64,000 nucleotides of DNA, taken from Octopus vulgaris (Eukaryota). Below are positions 26,548 through 39,600 of this stretch, in pieces. Below the pieces are notes generated by a model, which had not been told where the DNA came from, did not search any database, and saw only the letters and a list, made by a program, of their open reading frames with translations. Each line of letters opens with the position of its first letter. Position 1 is the stretch's first letter. Made by a program: the position numbers and the translations under genes. The stretch lies in contig OX597827.1 in the NCBI GenBank assembly GCA_951406725.2, positions 5,084,001 through 5,148,000 of the forward strand, in the 5' to 3' direction.

Positions 26548-26844
26548 TATATATATATACACAAAAGTGGCAGTCAATGCGTTTGGTGAGAGTTATACAT
26601 ATCTTTAATAATAATTTGGGTGAGTGTTATTAAAATATATATATATATATATATGTTTGTGTGTGTGCATGCACATATATATGTGTACACACACTACAAT
26701 CTTTGTACAGTTTCCATCTACCAAATCCACTACAATGCTTTTGTTAGCCTGAGGCTATAGTACAAGATACTTGCCCAAGCTGCTCAACTTGAAACCAATT
26801 GGTTGGGAAGCAATCTTCTTCCACACGCCCATGCCTGTGTGTTT

Positions 26845-26847
<3 letters not shown>

Positions 26848-26913
<66 letters not shown>

Positions 26914-27010
26914 CACACACATACATACATACACACATGCATACATACATACATACATACATACATACATACATACATACATACATACATACATGTGTGT
27001 GTGTGTGTGT
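26848..27010. repeat. (TA)n/(CATA)n microsatellite
   Basis: Seen directly. Confidence 0.95.
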
Positions 27011-27944
27011 ATAGTCCTATATGCCACTAAAGTTATAGGAAAGTCATGGCTGGAATGGTTTTGATCATAGGTATACTCAACCCACTTTTATCTTAGTCTA
27101 AACAGCATCAACAACAACTGGGAGATGCCTCTGCATACAGCAATAATTGAAAAATATTGACTAAAAGGAAGGGAAAAAAAGTGAATAGTTATTACTTTTT
27201 CTATTTTCTATGGTTATACCAATTTTTAGATTATTGGATGTACCTTTCTTGTGACAGATATTTTATAATTAATATATGTATATATATAGTAATTGACAAA
27301 ATTCCCAGACTTATAGAACTCTTTGAAGTTTGTTTTCATTTCATCAGCAAATAGTAAGTCATTCTACATTACTTTAATATTGAATTTCTCCTTTGAATAA
27401 GTATATGTTCAATTTCTACTGAATGTCATAAAATACTTTTTTTTTTATATATTTTATATATATTTTTTCTTTTTGTCTTTTGGTCTTTTTTTTTTCTACT
27501 AGCATACATTAAATTCATTTGTTTCAATAAGAAATGTTTAAGCTTTGCCCATCATTAGAAAATGTTGAGTAACTATAGCTTTCTAATACATATTGATGTT
27601 TCTATTTTTCATCAAGAATCATATGATCATTATTATCATCATCATTGTCGTCTTTGTCCATTTCCTCCTAATCATCATCATCATCATCATCATCATTCTA
27701 TGCACAGATCTATATTAAATTTTTAACAAATAATTATGAATTGATTTTTCTCTCAGTAATTTTCTTATGACAAGTAAAAATATTAATTTCTTACATTCTG
27801 CTATCGACTGACATTAAAAAAATAATAAATAAATAAATAAATAAATAAAATTATCATAGAGTTAGAATTCATTAAATTCAAATATCATACAAGTTGATGT
27901 TAAATTCTGAATACATTTTGAATTCATCTTATGTTGAATAAGAT

Positions 27945-27976
<32 letters not shown>

Positions 27977-28217
27977 TCTTGTATGAAATTCGATTACACT
28001 TTTAATTAGTTCTAAAGACATCAAACATAAATTTTACATCATGCATGCAATGCAATTAAGTGAAGGGAAGGTGTATCATACCATTAGACAGTAAATTAAA
28101 CTTTGCGTCATCGTCATCATTACATAAAATAAATAACAAAAATGTTAAATACTTATTATAATAACTCAACAGAGAGAACATTTTTCAATAAAGTAATTAT
28201 TTCATATTTAACCTATT

Positions 28218-28361
28218 CTTATACAGACATGTATATGTTGACCGACTTATGGCAAATATTGTTATTTTGAAAATATTTTCACTATTGAATATATGATAAG
28301 CATAGACAGAGGAAAATTCTAGAAGCATAAATGTTTGCTTTTGAAATTTTTCGGTGATTCT
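28218..28361 (-). pseudogene. Exon-like segment with PKD/Ig-like strand pattern
   Basis: VYAYHIFNSENIFKITIFAISRST; the acceptor overlaps a SINE remnant, so uncertain. Confidence 0.25.
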
Positions 28362-28625
28362 GAATTCGAACACAGCCAATGCCAGCTTTGCATTTCATCT
28401 CATGTGGTCAATGAAACAAGGTACTAGCCAAGTACTAAAATTGATGGTATTGATGGAGCCTGGTATTATTTAATGTGATGAGCTGGCAGAATGGTTAATA
28501 CATTGAACAAAATGCTCAGCAACATTTCTTCTGGCCCTTTAAATTCTGAGTTCAAAGACACTGGGGACAATGTAATTGACTTAACCTGCTTCCAAAATTG
28601 CTGGACTTGTGCCAAAATTTGAAGC

Positions 28626-28665
<40 letters not shown>

Positions 28666-28684
28666 GTTATTATTATTATTGTTG

Positions 28685-28716
<32 letters not shown>

Positions 28717-28747
28717 GTTATTGTTATTATTATTATTATTATTATTA

Positions 28748-28779
<32 letters not shown>
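28626..28779. repeat. (ATT)n/(GTT)n microsatellite
   Basis: Seen directly. Confidence 0.95.
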
Positions 28780-28781
<2 letters not shown>

Positions 28782-28964
28782 GCCAGCAAGCTGGCAGAGT
28801 CATTATCACTTCAAGTAAAATGCCTAGTGGTATTGAGGTTAACATTGTCTTTCAGCCTTCCAAAGTATCGGTCAAGTACTGGGGTCGATATAATTGACTT
28901 TCTCCCCACCCTCAAAATTGCTTGCCTTGTGCCAAAATTAGAAAGTATTATTATTATTATTATT

Positions 28965-29490
28965 GGGTGAAAGAGCAGAACATATCATCAAAGTGACACT
29001 GGGGCAAAATATATGAAGTCCAGTATACCCATCTGATAAGGGTACACCAGGTACATGCACCACAACCATATGTCATGACACGGTGATCTTATATCAAGAT
29101 GAACAGAGCATGACCTTGCAGGTGGGGCCCAGTTAAAATTTTCTTCAAGTTGAGCAGCTCATCCTGCTCAAAATGTCCCTGAATAAAGGTTGTTTCAGGT
29201 GTTGAATGTAACACCCATGTTTCCAGAGGCGAATTATTCAAATTCCAAAGAATTCCTATTAACACATGTCCATAATGCTCTCCCCGCTATCTCCGCATGT
29301 GTTCAGCATTGCATATATAGTCAGCCATTAAGGGACATGCTCAACCAGTTAAGGTCAAACAACTGACAAGCAAATCTGGTATTGAATAGAATATTTTCTG
29401 TAACCCATCTTTTTATACTTAAACAACATATATACATGATGTTAAGATCAGAAGCTATGAGAGCCACTGCCTGGTACTGCATCAGGGCGT
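28965..29490 (-). mobile_element. Family E element within (TAA)n
   Basis: Third copy; (ATT)n on the left, TTATTATCAT repeats on the right. Confidence 0.85.
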
Positions 29491-29504
29491 TTATTATCAT
29501 CATT

Positions 29505-29539
<35 letters not shown>

Positions 29540-29542
29540 TAT

Positions 29543-29751
29543 TAAGGTGGCAAGCCGGCAAAATCATTAGCATGAAGGGCAAAATATTTAGTGGCATTTC
29601 GTGCATCTTTTATGTTCTGAGTTCAAATTCTGCCAAGTTCAACTTTACCTTTTCTTTTTGGGGTCAATAAAATAAGTACCAGTTGAACACTGGGGTTGAT
29701 GTAATTGACTGGCCCCCTCTTTTGAATTTCAGGCCTTGTACCTACATTAGA

Positions 29752-29755
<4 letters not shown>
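29543..29755 (+). mobile_element. Old SINE family C with (ATT)n tail
   Basis: Diverged homology to family C. Confidence 0.75.
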
Positions 29756-29815
<60 letters not shown>

Positions 29816-30693
29816 GTAGTAGTAGTAGTAGCAGCAAAATACATTGATGTTATTTTGACTATGACAACAAAAATAAGGACACCAGTTTGAATATAGCAGT
29901 CAATGATAACCATTAATATTGTTTTGTTGCTTAACTCCAGCTCTGAGCAAGCAGGCTTATGATACAAGTCATTTCAGCAATAACCAATCAGTCCATGATC
30001 ATTCTGTCTTTTATAAGTCTAATGTAATCTTTTCTTTATTTAAGACAGTAGGGTGTGATTTGAGGGAGATACGCAACTATTTCTTGATGGTTGAGCAACC
30101 ATGTAGTAGGTCATTAATGTCATTTACTGAAGATGTTAAGGCTTTGTTGATGATTTGCTAATTCTCTCAAGAATTCTCTGGCAAATTACCAATCTGAAGG
30201 GAATTACTTGTACAGTGATAGTTACAAAGATTTAAATGAACAATCAATCTTTTATTCTTGAAAAGTACCCAAGTCTGCACTAATTAGTTAGCAAAGATGA
30301 ATTTAAATTGATTCAATTAACTATACATTTTCAGTAAAAAAAAAAAAGTGGGGCAGAATGTGGCGTGCCTCATGCTTAGCATAAAGAATGTTTTCACTCC
30401 TACTTCCGTACAATATTGTATATCTATTTCATGATTTCCTCACCATTACTCCAGCAAGTATAGTGAAGTCTATATTTCTGCTGAAGAAAAGTCTAATAAG
30501 ACTAAAATACATCCAGAGCTGTTTCTCATGCTTGCTGAAAGGACTCAGTAATATTAGCCATTGAGCTAATTTCATGTTTTACCTGACCACTTAGTTATTT
30601 CTGCTTAGATATTTAATGTCCATTATTTTAAATATATAAACACTTACTTAACAATTGGTTTTTTTTCTCCATATATATATATATATATATATA

Positions 30694-30865
30694 TAATATG
30701 TGACAATTATTTAGTAGCCATGATGAAACTCCGAGTTTCGGATACCAAGGTGCCAAGGTGGAAATCCACGCCACCATCTCTTCAGTTATCCGGTAGCGTG
30801 GATTTCCACCTCAGCATCCGAAACTCGGAGTTTTATCTTGGCTACCGAATAATTGTCACATATTA
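30694..30865. mobile_element. Palindromic Penelope-type relic with a hammerhead motif on the - strand (30722-30790)
   Basis: Arms TAATATGTGACAATTAT...ATAATTGTCACATATTA; GAUAA-CUGAAGA-long stem II-GAAA-CUC G GAG-UU^-UCAUC. Confidence 0.65.
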
Positions 30866-30939
30866 CATTTACAGATAAATTCCTCTATTTACATAATATT
30901 GAGGTCTCTTTCTTTCTTTTGTTGTCTTACTGTTTTTAT

Positions 30940-30991
<52 letters not shown>

Positions 30992-31871
30992 CAGAGGTGA
31001 CTCCAGGTCATCAGCATCACTTAGGCTCATCACAGATTTCACATAAGCCACATTTCCTCACCACTCATTTTCATAACATCCACCCCTTTGACCCTGCCCC
31101 TCTCTAACTATGACACTATTTCTTCAGCTGCTATACTTATATGAGAGCAGGACTGTATTTATTCTATGTCCACTTCTGTGCTACCAGTTATCTTTTTTCC
31201 TTAGAATCACTTCCCTTGCCACTCATCCCTCTCTCTCAGCATCTTCCTCAACTGCTTGTTTCCCTTTGAAAACTCAACTCTCTCTCAAAGATGGCCATCA
31301 ACACTTCCCATTTTGTGGTCACTATACCTACACCTACATCTCTCTGATCTCCATCTCTGTCACTGTACACCCTCTCTCTCCTCAATACTTCACATCATCT
31401 CACAATTTTTGATTCGGTTGCAATTTTATTATATGGTTACTCTCCACCACACCTTTTTACATATTGCCACCTTTCACTCCTCTTCCCTGACCCATTTCTA
31501 TTCTCTTTTTACTTCTCCCTAACTGAGATTCCCCATTGACCATATCTTGACCCATGTTCACCATTCACTGCATTCACCTCTAACCAAATATTATCTCCTT
31601 TCACATTCATATGGACCTACCCACCCAACCATCTTTGAGTTTCTTTCCTAATTTTCTCTTTATTCGCATTATTGTGCTTTGAAGGTATGTTCTGACACTA
31701 CATCAGCACCATCTTTTCTCTCCTTCTAACTTGAGTAGCCATGTGTCTCCACTGCTGCAAGACACCTATTCCTGTCCCTCTATCATAACTTAACCTCGCA
31801 ACACCTAGCATAATGCCACCTCCCTCAAAACTACATCTTCCCTCTGTTCTTGTATTATGAGTTACTTGATG

Positions 31872-32066
31872 ACCTCACTAGTGTTGGCGTCATGTAAAAA
31901 GCACCCAGTACACTCTGTAAAGTGGTTGGTGTTCGGAAGAGCATTTGACTGTAGAAATCATGCCGAAACTGACTTTAGAGTTTGATACAGTCCTCTGACT
32001 CACTGGACCCTAACAAACTGTCCATCCCATGCTAGCATGGAATACAAACATTAAATAATGATAATG
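31872..32066 (+). mobile_element. Old SINE-like family D
   Basis: GTAAAAAGCACCCAGTACACTCTG...GCTAGCATGG. Confidence 0.7.
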
Positions 32067-34979
32067 CTCTCAAAGTTTCCATACAAATCAGTTTTGAATA
32101 TGAATATATGTGACTTTGTGAGGTGGGGGTGATTTATAGTAAAAGTGAGAGAGAGAGAGAGAGAAAGAGAGAGGCGAGGAGAGAAAGAGAGTAGAGAATC
32201 AGGCAAGATAAAAGATTTGAAGTTTCATGTGTAAAGACCCAAATGTTGCTTTATGACTTTCATTTAATAAAGGGAAAAACAAATGAAACATAAAAAGTCT
32301 GTTAGCCAGATAGAAATAAACAAAAAAAAAATCTTAAATTGTTGGAATTATGTTCTGTTATAGAAATATCAGACATTTAGTTTACTGCTAGAATAAATAA
32401 TTAAAAAATCAAATAAATAAATAAATAAACAACTACATAAATAAAACTGGGTTTATTTCTGCTGATGCCTGGTTTTTTTATTTCCTAATGATGAATCACA
32501 AAAAAAGAGTCAAGAGTTTATACTTTTACTTAAAATAGCAAGTAAATGAGAGTAAATATATAAATCCTAAAGTCATCAGTGAAAATGTACAACTATTAAA
32601 GGAATATTAGTGTAAATAAACTGACTCGACCAAATTAAAGGGGAAAAAGAAAAAAACTATTAAAAGAAAATCTATTAACAGGTATGCAAAACATCTGAAT
32701 TAAGCGTTAAACATCTATGAGGATATCTATATGTTATTACAGTTATTACTTGAAAGACACAATAAATTGTTCTGATCAATCAAGAAGATTCTATGGAAAT
32801 GCTGTAAAAACACATTTCTGACTTTGTAAGTCAAATATTTGCAGTATCCTTCAAGAATGTTAATTTATTCTATCTCATCGACATTGAAATAAAAAAAAAA
32901 AAACATCCAAGAATCAATGTTAGTATCTAATAACAGTGTTCATATACAAAAATGTATCTACAGTATATGCATAGCTCAGTTGGTCATGTGCTGATGAGCA
33001 AGCAGAGATGGAGTAGAATGTCAAATGGTATGTCATTTCTTCTTTCTATTTTTTAAGTTCAAATTCTGAAGAAGCCAGTTTAGACTTCCATCACTACTAA
33101 AGGGTCCCCACCTCTCCAAATATATATACTATACGGCCATTGTCATCAATTCATTTGACTATAACTCCTTTGTGGAATTCCTTCTCCTTGAAACAAAGTA
33201 TAAAATGCTTATTAATTGAGGAACATTACACAAATCTCTTTTATATTTACTTCTACTGTTTCGTTCAAACTAACATAAGGTGTATCATTTTTGAGGGGAG
33301 GGACATAAAAGTTGTGTTGGTTTTGATTTCTTTGAAAAGTATTGATGATAAAAGAGAAATGAAGAATTTAAAAACAAAAATCAAATCACAGACTTTGTTT
33401 GCTGGGAATTAGCACTTTCTCCATCTCATACAATAGCATTTAACATATTTTAATTTAATCTTATACAACGTGTGTGTGTGTGTGTGTGTTATTTCCCATT
33501 CACACTTTTGGGAAATAAGAAATTTTGAAACTAATTTGAAAATATGTTAGTGTATAATTTGATATGCTGTCAATTATAATGCATTCAGCATGAACTCAGA
33601 TGTAGATTATGATATAATTTAATTGATTAGTAATTTAATAGTGTAAAATATATATCAAAAGTATTACTTACCAGCAAATGTTGGTGAATCTAGCTAAGGT
33701 ATTCTATGTTCAAGTGATGAGTATTTTGATTTTCTATGGTTGCCAATGACATCAGTGTTAAGCAGGTGTAATTTGTATTGTTATATTGCCAACAAGATGC
33801 CATTCATTATATCATAGCTTTCAAATGTCTGGAAACTGGAGTCACATAGCAGCTTTGAATTGAATAATTAGTTGGCAACAAAATGAATGAAACAAATATC
33901 TGACACATAGAAAAAGGTTTCATCAAGATCTAAGTGTTTGTAAACAATCTTTATAAATTACTTTGTTGCTGTGATCTTTCTAAAATTTACATTTAGACAC
34001 TTATTATGTTTTACTATATCTATAAGATTTACCAACGTGGAAAATCCCATGTGACTTTTGAAACAAATTAAAAAGAATTGCTTCCACATTTATTTGTACA
34101 TGGCTGTATTACCAGTGAACGAGGAAGCTATTTGTAAGAAACTTTAAGACTACTAGTATGAGCTATTTCATTTTGCATTTATTGAATGAGAAAAAAGAAA
34201 AAAAAGAAGCATAGTTTCAATTTTGATAACTTGTTGGCAATTGTTTTTGGGAATATTAAACAAATATTGCAATTTCATATATTTTTTCACTAAAAACAAA
34301 TATAGCAAAATATAGTAAATAAATTTTGTTTATTTACAACTGAGGATTTATGTACAATAAGTCTTTGCAAATATAATGTTTAAATATCTTATACAGCTTT
34401 TCACTCTCGTGCTCATGCCACTTTGCACTGAAATTTCACAGTATTTGTCTAAAATAAAACACTTTGTACTGTTTAAACATTAACATTCAAACAATTGTAT
34501 GTTGAAATAGTTTTCTTGGTTAAAAATAAAGCGTTTGAACAAAACTAATGGAACAATTCTGTGATAATTAGCTGACTCTGGGAAAATACAGAGCATCATA
34601 TTTTAAAATTAAAAAAGCTAATTCTCTTTTTAAAGTAAGATTATTTTATTTCTTTTCTTTTTTTTTTTTATTAAACTAGAAAAACATCAACAACATGAAG
34701 CAAAATACAACTGTCAGTAATTACACAGAAGCTAAGTTAATGTTTTTCCTAGAAGAATTATGTAGAAATAATTAGAACATTATATAAAATATATTCTGAT
34801 TTGTGCAATATCTTTCTGTAGCACAGCAGTCATGCTTATTTACAATAATTAGAATAATTATAGTGGGGTTTAAACATGTTTACTGTTAATTATATTGACA
34901 TTTTATATTTGAAAAGAACCTATATGTAACATTGGTGTTTCTCGTTAGAAAAGACTTAATGAATGGAATAAAGTTATTT

Positions 34980-35245
34980 TTATGGTTTTGGTACTTTAGG
35001 TACAGATGGCAGGGGTTTGGGGAAAGAAGAGAAACTATTTTTTATTGGTAAATTCCAAGGTTCTGGGAGATTAGCAGTTTTTATTCTTAAGGATTTAAGA
35101 TCAATAACATCATTGCAGACAATTTTTTGATCAACAATTGCTTGACAGGAAGGTTTTGTAGAAATATCCTTGGGTTTGTGTGTTGTCCATGGTAAAGAAC
35201 TCCTACTTTTGTGTTGCTGTTGATCCTCTTGACAATGCTTGAAAC
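34980..35245 (-). CDS. Putative terminal exon of an unidentified gene (FKHCQEDQQQHKSRSS...PKPLPSVPKVPKP*)
   Basis: Long pyrimidine tract, GAG acceptor, 87 open codons, then repeat-poor AT-rich sequence. Confidence 0.5.
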
Positions 35246-36099
35246 CTCGTAAAAGTAAACAAAGAAAACAAAAATGTTCATTGTGAGCTAAGATTAGGCT
35301 TTGTTAACATTGATTTTTGTCTAAATTTAACTACTTTGGGTATACTTCTCTCCAGAAAGTTCCTCCTCTGGTATTTATCTCTATATTACTTAGAATAACA
35401 AGATTTTAGATGAATATAGCTTTTGTATACTCTTGTAGATTTTGTAGCATCTTAATTTTTATCACAATTTGGCTTCTGTTCTTTTTTTTTTATTTCTTGT
35501 GATAAACAATGTGGAAATCTAATTGTAACTTTCCCTTTTACTTTATAAATAAACTTAGTCAAATAACATATATTTATGTTGATTTGTTGTTCATAATTTC
35601 ACAATTCCAAACTGTAAGAATCCTTTCTGTTGTTGAACGTATTTGATATTTGTTGATTTTTGAAAAATAAATTGCTAATACATCTTTCAGGTTTTTATAT
35701 TGTTTACTGTCATTAGTTCAGTCTTTCTTTAGCAATATTTAACTTTTCTTTCCCTAGACTTATTGTTTATCAGACACATTATAAGCATAATTCACAAGTA
35801 AATTGTAAATATAATTTGTGTCAGCAGAGATACTGAATTCTTATATATCTAAATTGTTTTAGATGAGTTATTTCTGGAGCATTATGAATTGTTAACATCG
35901 TCTTTTTTAAGCTCATACAAACTATATTTGTGTTTGTTTATCGACTGAGGATCATATAGATATATAAGTACTTTTTACAAACTCTTAAAGTTCCAGTTCA
36001 TCCAACAGGTAGTACAATATTACTTCAAGTAATATTTCAATTATTTTTATTTTTTAGTGGCAACCATATTGGGGAGGATTCGATACTGGGCTTACTGAC

Positions 36100-36206
36100 A
36101 TTTAACATTCAATGAAGAACCATTGATTAAATCTTCTTCCATTTCCAGGCAAATATCTGCCACTTCTGAGAATGAATTTAGATTTACAAACATTTGTCCC
36201 ATTTGT
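36100..36206 (-). CDS. Putative internal exon QMGQMFVNLNSFSEVADICLEMEEDLINGSSLNVK
   Basis: tttacag acceptor; tandem donors gtcagt (exon end 36100) and gtaagc (end 36096); only one open frame. Confidence 0.6.
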
Positions 36207-36384
36207 CTGTAAATTAATTAGGAAAAATGTTGAAATTTTTGCGTAGTTTTTGAGTTTAATGCAAATACTTTTCCTGATGACCAGTCTAGAGCATTTGAAG
36301 AAATATTTTTTTTGCAAAAAGGAAATAAAAAAAAAACAACTAAAATCGTAAAATAATTGTTTTTCATCAGTATTGAAATCTTAC

Positions 36385-36439
36385 CTTGTTTTTAAGGTAG
36401 TAATATTTTTAAGGTAGTAATATTTTGAGTACTTACTAT
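36385..36439 (-). CDS. Putative 55-nt exon DSKYSKYYYLKNITTLKTR
   Basis: tttacag|...AAG|gtaaga; phase 1 to 2 exactly bridges its neighbours. Confidence 0.5.
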
Positions 36440-36937
36440 CTGTAAATGCTATACATACTAAAGCGTATGTTATACTAATTTGAAACTTCACCACTTTTTC
36501 TAATTTCAATTTTCTAATTTTTAGATTTCAAAGTGGATACCAAAATTCTCAACTCAAATGTCTTAGAGAAAGAATTGATTTGAAAACTAGTAGCACATTA
36601 GCTCAGCCACAGTCATACGGCTGGAACTAGTTAATGAATAAAGAGAAAAAAGTTTTGATCCTGTATAGATACTCAAAATATATACAATTTGCTAATCATG
36701 TTAACTGTGTTTTACAAAGCCAATGAAATAATTCATGTACCAGCTTTTGAACAAATTATTCTATATAAAGAAAACAATGTTTTTAACAGTCTGATCTCTA
36801 GAAAATTGTTCTATAATTGTTTGATAATAAATTAAGTGAAGTTGAAAGAGAGGTATTAGATTTTTTAAAAAAATAGGAAAACTGTTAGCCTAGAAGGCTT
36901 GTAAATGACGGCAACTATTCTTTTATGATGTACATAC

Positions 36938-37088
36938 CTGGTAAGGTTTCATAATGTACTGTATTTCTCTCACTCCATCCATGTCCACTGTCACTATCAG
37001 AAGACATAGTTGATATTTTATTGAAATGGTCAGTAGGTATGAGCATAAGTTCATGTTCTTTACTAACACCAGATGTCACTGCAGCCTC
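36938..37088 (-). CDS. Putative exon EAAVTSGVSKEHELMLIPTDHFNKISTMSSDSDSGHGWSERNTVHYETLP
   Basis: Good acceptor ...gtctttag| and donor CAG|gtatgt; 151 nt open. Confidence 0.7.
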
Positions 37089-38876
37089 CTAAAGACTCGT
37101 AATCAAACAAAATGAAGGTGAGAGAAAATTTGTTATATAACAAAAAAAAAAAAATAAAAAATAGAGAAATATAATTTGTTTAATTACAATACACTTAAAT
37201 TTCTTTTTAAATTAGAAAAATAGATATTCATATAATTTTATCAAACTTCTGAGGCTGTTTGAAAGCTATATGGTACAGTGAAATTTATTTTTAAAATATC
37301 AAATAGCTGGTTGAACAATATGCTAAATTTGCAATAAATGTGTTTAAAATATCCTTGTTTGCAATGGTGGCTTGTGGTTAATTTGTAGTGCACACAGAAA
37401 TTATTTTATGAATATTATATGTAGCAATACCCATTTATTTTAGTTTAACCCATAGCTATTATTCATAACAAATATATTTTAAATATTACTGTAAAACTGT
37501 ATATGGTGTTGCCTGGGTACATTATTAATTGCTGTATAATGAGCCATTAAAGAGCCATTAGAATCTGCTTGCTAAAGTATCGCTCGTATCTCTTTTCTAA
37601 TGCAATGTGTCATTTCCAAATGCATTTAGCTCACAATGAATGAGATCAGATTTCTCAGAAATCCTTGAAATATTTTATATCAATCTCTTAGTTCCTTGTG
37701 TGAGAGAATGTTCCACAGAATAAGTGTTTTTAATACTGTACGCTTTTAATAGTGTTAAATAATAAAGTGTAAACTAGCAGCTAGGAATGGATGTTATTAG
37801 AAACAATTTCCAACCCATGCTAGCATGGGACACAGGCATTAGATGATAATGCTGAAGACGATGATGATGATAATATGTTATCTATATTTCAAAACTTTAC
37901 ATTTACAACTGTGTTTTTGTAATGAAGGCATTATATGCAACACTAACATTTAAGTTCTCAGAACAGATTCTAAACACAGCCATAAAAGCATATATACGAA
38001 TCAGTAAACTCAAATGTTTAATATTCAAGACATTTGGATTTTATTGCTATAATTTTTAATATGAAAATTATTTTTATAATTTTTGTAAGTTACTCAATTA
38101 TTAAAGCAATGGACAAAATACCTAGTTTTAGTAATTATTTTCTGGCTTCAAATCTTGGTGAAAATCACATAGCCTTTTATCTATTCAGGGTCATGAAGAT
38201 AGTTTAAGGGGATTCTTAGTTATTAAAGTGGGTCTCTCATTAACTGGGTTAGTCGCAAAAACCACAAAATTTGAATAAATACTTGTAATCATATTACAGG
38301 GAACTGTAGGGAGAGTTTATCCAAACTTGTTGAACCTGTCTTGGCTATACAGAGGAAAAAGGTTAATAAAATAAGTTGTTAGTTAGATTTAGTTAAATTG
38401 ATTAAGTCCTGTTACTAAAATATGTGTCTTCTTTGTACCTGAGATAGAAATCATTACTTCTATCTCAGGAAATTCACATCAAATTACATCTAAAATATTG
38501 AAGTATATTCATATGTCTCTATATAAAATGACATACTTTTAATGACAAAAATAAGTTTTTAATATCCATTATTTCAGTTTTCTTTTAAAACTACGTATTG
38601 AGTATCTAGATGTCTGAAATTAGGAATTTTTGCTAAGACTAATTTTTCATATAGACTATTAAGCAAATCTTTAGCAATAGAAGCCTCTTTTTTTTTTCTT
38701 TTAAATATGTACATTTATTCCTACTTTCCATTTAGCTTGATCTCCAATCATCATCAGGTGTTTTATTCCTGGATTATGCATAGTTACAGGATTGGGTTAA
38801 AACTAAGGACCACTGTTTTTTAAACTAAGGGTAACAGTGTTTTTATCAATTAGACAATTATTCACATCTGTGAGTA

Positions 38877-38924
38877 TGACACCTGATGATGATCAGGCAT
38901 CACCTGAATCGAAATGTCATGTTA
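38877..38924 (+). ncRNA. CpG-decayed hammerhead motif (Penelope-type)
   Basis: UGACAC-CUGAUGA-U-GAUCAGG CAUCA CCUGAAUC-GAAA-UG-UC^-AUGUUA. Confidence 0.55.
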
Positions 38925-39124
38925 GCATTTTGAATTTTAAAAGATGAGGTTAATTCCCTGCCAAAATTATATTCTTATCAGCATATCTATCAACATATTT
39001 ATAGTCACCATTGAATATCTTATTTGAGTAAGTTGTTTTATTAAAAGTAATCAGATTCAATTTTATATGATCAGTTGGAAGAACAAGAAACCCTTTGGAT
39101 TTTGCTCTAAATTACTTCAGATAT

Positions 39125-39217
39125 CATATATATATATATATGTGTGTGTGTGTGCACGCACGTGTGTGTGTGTATACACACATATATATGTGTAAGTATA
39201 TACATAATATACATATA

Positions 39218-39268
<51 letters not shown>

Positions 39269-39288
39269 ATATATATATATACATATGT

Positions 39289-39320
<32 letters not shown>

Positions 39321-39600
39321 GTGTGTGTATATATACATATGCATGTATAAGTATATATGTAGGTATATGTGTATATATAAATATATATGTATATATATAT
39401 ATGTATGTATGTATGTATGTATAAGTATATATGTAGGTATATGTGTATATATAATTATATATGTATATATATATGTATGTATGTATATGTATATATATAT
39501 ATGTATATATACATATTAATGTATATGTATATCTATGTATATATATACATCCGTATGTATATGTATATATGCATATGTATGCATATATGTGTGTGTGTAT
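39125..39600. repeat. Long degenerate (TA)/(TG) microsatellite
   Basis: Seen directly. Confidence 0.95.

Noticed and set aside
35087-36206. MET-like kinase start (LINGSSLNVK...VGVLYHG...LLIKKL)
   Set aside because: No GxGxxG, and I found no downstream HRD/DFG exons; the other frame gives a more convincing terminal exon
38438-38469. Perfect 12-bp hairpin CCTGAGATAGAA/TTCTATCTCAGG as a terminator
   Set aside because: Eukaryotic context; it lies at the end of a decayed SINE and is probably a small fold-back duplication
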